Shown: positions 50,554-64,000 of the stretch, piece after piece
Layout of the letters: every line of letters starts with the position of its first letter
Position numbering within the stretch: the stretch's first letter is position 1
Origin: the human T2T-CHM13v2.0 reference genome, Homo sapiens
NCBI RefSeq assembly: GCF_009914755.1
Contig: NC_060929.1
DNA length: 64,000 bases
Direction: 5' to 3' (one strand)
Notes under the pieces: model-generated
Database searches by the model: none
The model's input: the letters and a program-made list of their open reading frames with translations, nothing else
Told to the model about the DNA's origin: nothing
Program-made: the position numbers and the translations under genes

Positions 50554-53500
50554 GTATAAAAAAAAGAATTCACTTTATGAAGCTCCATGAATACTGAAAG
50601 TCAAATGAATCAATAGGGTGATTTTCTACTGAAATTTTTTACATTTTTTTTGCTTTGATATCACAAAAAAAATCTTTTTAAATGGAAATTATTATCTTAA
50701 TGAATTAAAAAATACCTATTACTACCTTTAGATGAAATTTCTCACCTATTAAAGATAATACTTAATTTTAGAATGTTTACTCTTAAGTCAGAAGAAAAAA
50801 TAATGCCAATAACACCACCAAGAAGCTTTATTCCTTCTACAAGCATTTCAAAACAAAAATAACCTCAATTTCAAATGATAAAATTCTTCAAATTTTAGAC
50901 ATTTAAAGTGTAATTCTGTATAACCTGAGGCACCATTTCACCCTCTGGACTATTGCTCCTGAACATTTAATTGTGACCCAAATAAATGCTGTAACATTGT
51001 AGGAACCACTTTATTTTGAATAATAAGAGCAATAAACTTCAGGTGACTTGAGAATATTCACAATAGATTGCTTTCAATTAAATGGTGGTACCCCTGAAGG
51101 CCTTTTGTTTAGGCAGCAGGATGAGAGTTATTTATTGGTCATATATAGCCCATTCTAAAAACAGGAGGTCAGACCACTGCATAATACATTCACTGTCTCA
51201 TTTCTGCTTTTCTGAAAATAGGTACTTTGAGCGTCAGTATAGTGACAAAGAAAAGCATTTGTAAGTAGGCTTCAGGAATCTTGGCACCAAATGAACATAA
51301 AATAGATATATTGTATTTTTAAAACATTATCCCTTATTTTCAGCACAGTTCTCATTGTTGGTATCCCTATGAATATTGTATGATTACTGTCCTTCACACA
51401 GTTCAAGGAGAGAATGATGTGGCACCACTGAGATGCTGCTGTGCAGCCACTTAAAAAGAAATCCCTAGAGATAGACACTGATAAAAGGGCCAGATGCAAA
51501 TGGGTATTAGAGGCAGACCTTTCCAGAAAAGCTAGGTCAGACATCCTTGGTCATGAAGATAGAAAAAAAAAAAAATACAATGTGCACACCTAGAAGTCTT
51601 TTAAAATCTCTCTTTATAATTCCTCATTCTTAATAAACTTTTTGCACAGATTCAAGACCATCAGAACTAAATTGAAAAACTCTGGCATTGTCACCTGGAT
51701 TCTCATTCACAGTATAATAAATATAAGGCTTATCATATACATACATACATACATATGGAATTATGTATGTATATACATTCTCTCCAGTCTTAGTTTAAAA
51801 TATAATGATAAATAAAAATGTGACAACTTTTAATGGTGCAAATATGTGTATATATTTCAAGGTGTTTTTTTACCTGATAATACAAAATATTTTATCATCT
51901 ATAATTTTAATAAATTATATTGAAATGTAATATATGAATCATATAAATCAAAAGTTTCATACAGTGATAAAATTTTAATTGTAGTTATTAATTATTGGCC
52001 ATATACAGTATTGAATGCTAGCCACTATAATCGTTTGAATGCTGACATTTGATTCATGTATATATTTAATTCACTTAACAACATTGATATACAAGAAATA
52101 TGATAAATCCTGGAAGACTTTTGTCATTCAGAGTAGTTAAAAACATAGTTTTCCTTTGTCAATAATTCAAGGTAGACTTTCTTATATTAATGTGGCTTTT
52201 TGTTCAGACGCTGTAAACAGGAAATCAAAGATGTATTAGATATAATCAGTAAGAGCATAAAATAAATACACCATCTCTTCTTACAGAGATATTTGGTTAT
52301 AATTTTAAGTAGAAAGGGAATTATACACGTATCCATACAATTATAACTAAATATCAATAGGAAATATTAAAGTTACAGACAATAACACAGAGAGCAGAGG
52401 GGAAACCCATGAAGGATGTGAGGGCAATGGGGGTTGTTGTTGGCGGTGTGGTGGTGAACTGGGTACAAAGGAGTCAGTAAGATACATATACATAGAGGGT
52501 AAGGGGATGACATTACAGACTGAAGGCACATTATAAGCAAGTGTGGATAAATGAAAATGGATTTTGCATATACAGAAATCTACAAAAAGATCTTATTGAA
52601 TGTGATCATTGGAGCATTCAGGTAGGAAAACAAAAGAGAGAATTTGGAAAATTTGGGAACATGTTAAAAGTTATCTTGAATTCTAAACTGAGTAACATGA
52701 CCTTTCCTGTCAAAACATTGGATTGCTATTGATATGTATGTGTGTGTGTGAGTGTGTGTGTGTGTGTATGTGAGAAAGAGAATGAAATGAAGAAAGTAAT
52801 GTTTTATTATGGTTTAATCTGTCTGCAAAATGCAGGATTTCAGTGAATGAATAAACTACTTAGGTGGTTAGAATGGAATTGATAGGTCTTGCACCACAGT
52901 CGTTTCCATGTGGATAGAAAGGAAATTTTAGGTGTAGATTATATTAGGAAAAGTGAACATAAAACACTTCAAGATTGATCATTTATACAGACGAAAGCAG
53001 ATACATAAATATTATGTAAATGTTCTAAACTTTCATGACTTGATATATGGTGGCTTGGTTTTGTTTAAGGATCATGCATTCAGCTTTATTTTGAGCTTGA
53101 AGTAAACAGAAAATCAAAGTAGAAATGTGATTATATTTACCATCTTGGGATGGTTTCCTTTGCAGTCATGTTTGTTGCTTTACTTTTGAACAACCTATTG
53201 CTCAGCATGGTTTCCTAGCCCAGACATTGTCTCGATTCACCATTTTTTTTATAATTAATGAAGTGATAAATGTTAGGGTATATAAATGTTAGTTTCCTGA
53301 AGAGAAAATTACTGGTAAAAGAAAACCAGCTATTATAGTTCATCATGATATAAGAAAGCAATCGTTTCTGTTCAAGCGAAACTTCAAATGTTGAATATGA
53401 TGATGGTGTAACGCTGCAGGATCCATCAGTTGTTCTCTATTGCACTTCCGTCCTAAAGGGGAGTTAGGAGTGAGAATTTACATGCTAGTCTGTGGATGCA

Positions 53501-53820
53501 AGTGTGAGAATTTTTATTAGGTCTTACAAAAAACCTTTCACAAATCAGGAGTCTACAAAAATGCCACTTTGTTGTTAAATACTTTTTCTATGACAAAGTA
53601 TATAAAATGTTTAAAATCAAAGGAACCCAAGCATATTCCTCTGGAGGTTCCTAAATATTGGGGATAGATAAATAGCTATGTCTTGGGACACACTGTTTCA
53701 TATCCCAAGCAGGAGGAAACATCAAGTGAGATAGTAGTTAGCTAGTCAAGAGAAAAAAAATTAATCAGTTTCTGGAGCCTGCAGTGTAGACCCTAAAGAT
53801 AAGACATAAATAAAAAAACA

Positions 53821-54800
<980 letters not shown>

Positions 54801-54971
54801 CAAAGTTCTTAATTGAAATGTTTGTATACCCCATTTATGTTATTTTTTATTTAGCATCTATATATACATTTATTCATGTTGTCTTCTTATTCCTCTCAAT
54901 ATATTTCCTTTAGCAAAATGTTTAAAGTGTCTATAAACTGCTTAAACAAGAAAATAATTTGAAACTATATA

Positions 54972-55093
54972 TTAGGTTAGTGCAAATGTAATTGCGGTTT
55001 TTTTCCATTACTTTAATGAAAAAAACCGCAATTACGTTTGCACCAGCCATTAAGTAATGGAAAAAAACCACAATTACGTTTGCACCAACCTAA
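54972..55093. mobile_element. MADE1 (Hsmar1-derived MITE), rearranged with an extra arm
   Basis: ttaggttagtgcaaa...tttgcaccaacctaa terminal inverted repeats, TA on both sides; 122 bp versus the usual ~80 bp. Confidence 0.93.
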
Positions 55094-55645
55094 TAGAAAC
55101 CATAAAATAAAGCGGTTCAGTGAAGAGAAGTCGGTGATGCCAAAAGGGTCATATTACGAGAAAAGGTCATACATAATTGGTCAAAGTTTTCTCATGTGAG
55201 AAAATAACTTTTTTTGCCATTGGGGACTCTGGAATTACTTTGAAAAGTTTCTTAGAATAGCATTTTTTTTATGTTCCATCTTAAGAAAATATTATTTCAA
55301 ATGTGCAGAACATATGATAACAATATTTTGTATGTTTCATACAGTAGTTTCTGAGGCATTTTATGGACTTTAAAACACTCTTTAAGATCATGTAAAGAGT
55401 GATTTAGCAGAGTATACTTAACAGAGCGCATTGGCCTTCTATCGACAGCAAAAAGTATTCCTTTATCTCCTCATCATTTCTGAGGTAGAGAGCCTTTGCT
55501 CTCTGTTCCCTATTCATAAGAGAAGTAACAAGTACAAAGAGGGTCAAAATACACTTATTTACTAAAAACGAGGCACTTTTCTTATACTTTTAAGGGAATT
55601 TAAACCACTGGCTCAAAGGTTTAACTATAGTATGTTGGAAAAAGG

Positions 55646-59020
<3,375 letters not shown>

Positions 59021-61169
59021 AATGAAATCATAAGATGAATATTTAGCTAAATGAGTAATCATTAAAGGAATATAATACATTTAAAAATATACATTATTTC
59101 AATGACACCCCTGGAAAAAAAATGTAATGCAATTTTTTTTCTGGTAGAAAGAATTTTTTTGATACATCAATCCATGTTTTATGTTTTAATGTTTATATGA
59201 TTCAGAGATAAAATAATTCTACCACAGAACTGCTGCTGTTTTTTTCTTTCTTTCTTTCTTTTTTTTTTTTTTTTTTGCTCTCCTCAGCACTCTCGTGACC
59301 ATTAACAGATCATTAGCATTGATGGGAGTTCCTAAGGCATATTGAAAGTACACATTCAGCTACCAACTCACTTCCTTTAAACATGACAAATAAGCAAAAA
59401 TAAATTTACATCTGTTGCCTTTAAAGACATGTTTGAAGTTTCCATATCATTAAAATGGTATAGCTTTCCCTAACATGCATAACACTACTTTTTGAAAAAA
59501 TAGTAATGCTCCATGGATTTTGGCTTCCTTGATCATTTTTTTAGCTAGGGGAGAGGGATATGTGATAGAATCATTTGTTGCTTGAACAGCATGTATAGAA
59601 TGACAATAAGAAAAATGTTAAAATTTATTCAACAAATATGTAAAAGATAATATAGTTAGGAATAAAAAATAGTATAAATTTAACTTCCAATATTTACAAC
59701 ATATTGCTAAACAACCCAGAATTCATGCTAATATTAATATTTCATATTGAAAACATTTAGAATTATGTGAGCCAGTTAATTTTACTTTTAAAATAGTTAT
59801 TTTTCTAACTATTCTGCATAATTTGAAAAAAAAGTAATATAAAATATAACCATTAGTATAGCACAGAGAAAAAGCAATTCAGCATAACTAGTAAGTATAA
59901 TTCTTTGTAGACAATGAGAGTGTTTCTGGAATCAAAGCGGAAAAACGCGTATCTCTCAATGTAAAATGTATTATAAAATATTGTATATATTTTACTGCCT
60001 ATATAAATGAAGTTTTTTAATATATGCATAAATAACAACATTTATAAAATGCATACTTTAATTATGATGTATATTCTAAATACAATGTTTTCTTTTTATC
60101 TTTTAGACGTGTATAATATCATACACTACACTACTATGCGTAGATTGTGAAAGCAACAAATTCGATATGACCGATGCTGATTTGTAATCTTGCTGAAGAC
60201 AGTATTGCAATAGAAAAAGTCATCTTCTGTTTCAAGCAAATAATCAACATTTCATGTGCTTGTATTAGTTAAGTGGTAATTGGGATAGAAAAAAATCATT
60301 TAAAGTATGTTATTAGTCAAAAGATTGAAAAAATAGAGCTTTGAAAGTTCAAAGGAGAAATCAAGGTGACTATCACAATAAGCAATTCACTTTTACCATG
60401 TAAGTTCAATGCCATTCAGAAAGAATTAGAAAGAAAAGGACTTCAAAGGTCTCATAAGCATAAAGATGTCAAGGAAGGTCAATCTTGAAACAGCTGCTGA
60501 AGGGGATCAGAGAGATAAAACTTAAACCTCATAATTACTATTAGAAAATTAAAGGAATAAAAGTGGCCAACATCAAATCAAAAACTTTCAAAGTGGTAGA
60601 GGAGATTCTTTTGAAACAGCAATAAAATCCATCCAGACATAAGTGTTCAGAATTCATATTAAAAGATGATAATGGAAAAATAGATTTCAACCCATTTATC
60701 AATATATTATCAAGAAAGAAAGATTCTAGAAATCATTCAGAGGAAGGAATAAATGATAAAATTTTAAAAAAACAGGAAGTAAGATATTTCCCTGAGTAAT
60801 AAGAGAATTTAAACCTTGAGGTAAAGGAATAAAATCCTAAATTTGAAATCTAATAGGTCCCAGGCCAAGGACAAGCTATTGAATAGTGGTCAGCAAATCA
60901 ATTAATGTATCTCTGATTCTAAGACCCAGGGACCATGGAGACCAAGTAGATCATAGATATTTTAATTTATGAGTTCCTTGTGATAGCAAACTACTGCATA
61001 TTACTCTACATACTGCTCTGGGTAATCGAGTATAGAATTCATTACCCTATATTTATTTTTCTACTTTAAGATTAAATTCTATCAGAAAATATCCATATCC
61101 ACAGAAACTCAGTCATACTTAAAGAAAAATCCCAGCAGCAACAGTCCATATTTACATGGATCAATTATT

Positions 61170-61765
61170 GAGTAAATAAATAAATGGGTGAGAAAAAACA
61201 CATCTCCTCTAAGGAAAATTTTCAAATAATTTATTTAGATATTTGTATTCAAGGATGTGAGGCATAAGCCTCTCTCCATTAAGTATGGCCTGGGCATAGT
61301 GACTTCCTTGCAAAGAGAAGAGTGTCAAATAGAGGAAAAGAAAAGTTACGTGGCATTGAAGAAACTGAGAAACATTATTTCAGTCAGACAATTGAATTCA
61401 ACATCATCAGTGATCAGTCATGTTGACAGTATGTGCTCTTGATAGGATGTGATGAGAATGACATTTTACTTCTGTGGTTTTCCTCCTAAAAACTCATAAT
61501 CATAGTATAATTCTGGAAAAACAACAGACAAGTTTCAATTGTGGTATGTACATTCCATAAAAATGCTAGACCAGTGCTTCTCAAACTGCCATGGTTGTCT
61601 GAAACAATAAAAGTCTAAGAAACTGTCAGAACCAAGAGGAGCCTAAGGAGATGCTGACAACTACATGTAATGCGTTATCTTGGATTCAATACTGGAGCAG
61701 GAAACGTTTGTAAAGTAAAAACTAAGGAAATCTGAATAAAGTGTGAACTTCAGGTAATTTTTGAA
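61170..61765 (+). mobile_element. L1MC/MD 3'UTR fragment
   Basis: catagtgacttccttgcaaagag...aacatcatcagtgatcagtcatgttgac...agaggagcctaaggaga...ggaaatctgaataaagt. Confidence 0.75.
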
Positions 61766-62265
61766 AACTTATGATAATGTTAAAATTATATTAAATACCT
61801 TAAATATTGTTTAAAACTATTCACATACAAGAATTACTATGTACAATTGTTAAAAATTAAGCTATTCCCAAAAGTTGACATGTAGGTGCAGCTGCACAGC
61901 CTTCTCTGATCCTGCAGTTATTCATCCCATTTAGATTGCTTGCCAATTATTATATTACTTAATAATAATAGACCATATCGCTAGAACCATCACTCCATAG
62001 AAACAGAGATTCAAAAATGGAGAGTTCAAAATACCATGAGTTATAAGCACACAAATTTCATCACTTGTCCTGGATTTATTAAAAAGATTTAAGCATTTTC
62101 AAATAATAATTCACTAATGTATTAACAGCAATGGGCATATTCATTTACTAGTAATAGTCTTAAAACTGAAATACAGAAGATGTGTTAACTTTTAATGTAA
62201 AATATATTTAGTATAATTGTCAAAGCCTTCTAAAGGGCCTTCCAGACAATAACTCTGAAGCTACA

Positions 62266-62266
<1 letters not shown>

Positions 62267-62300
<34 letters not shown>
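62267..62300. repeat. (CA)17 microsatellite
   Basis: Direct read. Confidence 0.97.
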
Positions 62301-62302
<2 letters not shown>

Positions 62303-62879
62303 CATTTGTACATGAATACATATGTACATTTATATATACATGAATATTTTGTTGTCAGTTTTTTACTTGATTTCTTTAATCATCAACCACTTGTAGAAAA
62401 CTGTGCTACTATTGAAATTATGTCTTATCCTTATTTTTTATGGTGGGTTTCTGTGACTAAGTACAGTATTTGAGCTTACTTTCATATTGACACTATTAAT
62501 CAATGTGTTAGTACATATCAGTAATAGTATTAAAACGATACAATTGTATAGTATGTTTTCCAGAAAGGTTGACAAAAAGTCACGAGTTTTGCCTTAAGAT
62601 CTTAACAAATAGAGAAACATTATTATGCAAAACAATGTAGAATCTAAGGAAATGTGGTAGGACAAACTTTTACAAGTAAAAACTTTAAAGTTGATAATAT
62701 AAATGCTCTTTGGATAAAAATAATCAAGAAATTTTATCAAGGAGAAATATAGTCTTGAAATAAAACACTTCATTCAATTATGCCAAAAGTAGCTGGTCAG
62801 GAAGTTTAAAATGATTTATGAGATTTATAGCTTCTATCTTATAGAAAGCATTGGCTGAAAAATAATTACAGTGGTAACT

Positions 62880-63587
62880 CCTTGACCAAGCCAGTCTCAT
62901 TCATCATGCAGTATCTTGTAAAAGCCCTCTAAGGGGCCTTCCTATTTCCATGTTTGCCTCCTAGAATCTATGTTCAATATAGTAGCTAAAATTATTAACA
63001 TATCAGTCAGATCATGTCACATCTCTACTCAAACCATCAATGGACCCTTGGGGGATCCAGGATGGAAGTCAAAATTCTTACAAGTGCCTAATGGACAGTG
63101 TTTCTTAATAAAGGTATGACTACTATCCTCCCTCTCACTTCTTTTGTTTTATCTATATTGACTGCTACACATTTTTAAATCTAAACCGGTATACTTCTAC
63201 CTGAGAAACATTTTACTGCTGTTTTCTCTGCCTGGAACAAACTTTGCCAATGTATCTACACCACCTATTTCTATACCTTCCTTAAATCTTTGTTCAAGTA
63301 TTACTTTCAAAATAAGGTCTAGATTCACCTCACTTATTTCACAACTCCAATTCACCATCCTGTAATCCCAATCCTCTTTCCATAGTTGTATTGCTTTTGT
63401 ATAACAGTTATAAACTTTTATCATACTATTTGCTTTATTTATTATCCTAATATTTATGTATTCCACTTCCATAATAAAAGCTTTATGAGAGTTGAGCTTT
63501 TGGTCTGTCTGGTCCCTTGAAATAAACCAGGAATCTCACACAGAGTACATGTTGAATAAATATTGTTTGAATGAATGAACAAATGAG
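62880..63587 (+). mobile_element. L2 3' end
   Basis: tcagatcatgtcacatctctactcaaacc..., ttttctctgcctggaac, and terminal aataaatattgtttgaatgaatgaa. Confidence 0.8.
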
Positions 63588-64000
63588 AAGATTTTTGTGG
63601 TTCTTTTTAATTATTTTTGTTTAAAGATCTAAAATGGGAGTTTTTGGAATCCTGGAAAGAAAATTATAGAAATTAAACTTGTTAGGAAAATATGTAAAGA
63701 ACACATAGCTGAGATCCTACTGAAATGGGAAACAACACAGCAAACCAAGAACGAAGAAAACATAAGAATTAGGATAAACTTTTTTTCATGGCAGACAAGT
63801 AAGTCATCTCTGACAGGTCCTACATTCTACCCCACAGAATTAAGAGTATATAGAAATAATTTAAGAAGATCGTTTCTCTACCCACCCTTCTGGCTTGAAA
63901 TCTCTGATTCTTTGTTTTAACATCTATGTGAAGAAGGCTTCACTTGCTTTTGCTTTAATTTTTTTCTTGTAAATAATGTAATAATAATAATCATTAAGAA

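Overview
Primate (human-like) AT-rich, gene-poor genomic DNA made mostly of decayed interspersed repeats; I see no intact protein-coding gene, RNA gene or CRISPR array. Positions 1-41 kb are a nested stack of L1 elements of different ages, two complete THE1 MaLR proviruses (each with its 5-bp TSD), solo LTRs (MLT1, MER21, LTR22-like, LTR33-like) and Alus. An old processed pseudogene of GTF3A (TFIIIA) lies at ~37.7-39.2 kb. Positions 41-64 kb are more unique, with Alu, MIR, L2, MLT2, a rearranged MADE1, and a young 5'-inverted L1PA nested inside an older 5'-inverted L1. The recognisable ORFs in the track are repeat-derived or chimeric, and the rest are short and unsupported. I find no evidence of a new biological system. 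The most notable observations are mechanistic fossils: a 123-bp inverted copy of the pseudogene pasted 1.7 kb away with template-switch hallmarks, a ~300-bp local duplication, a fold-back MADE1, and a preserved CUG-start context in the retrocopy. Repeat family names come from recalled consensus sequences and need Dfam/RepeatMasker confirmation.
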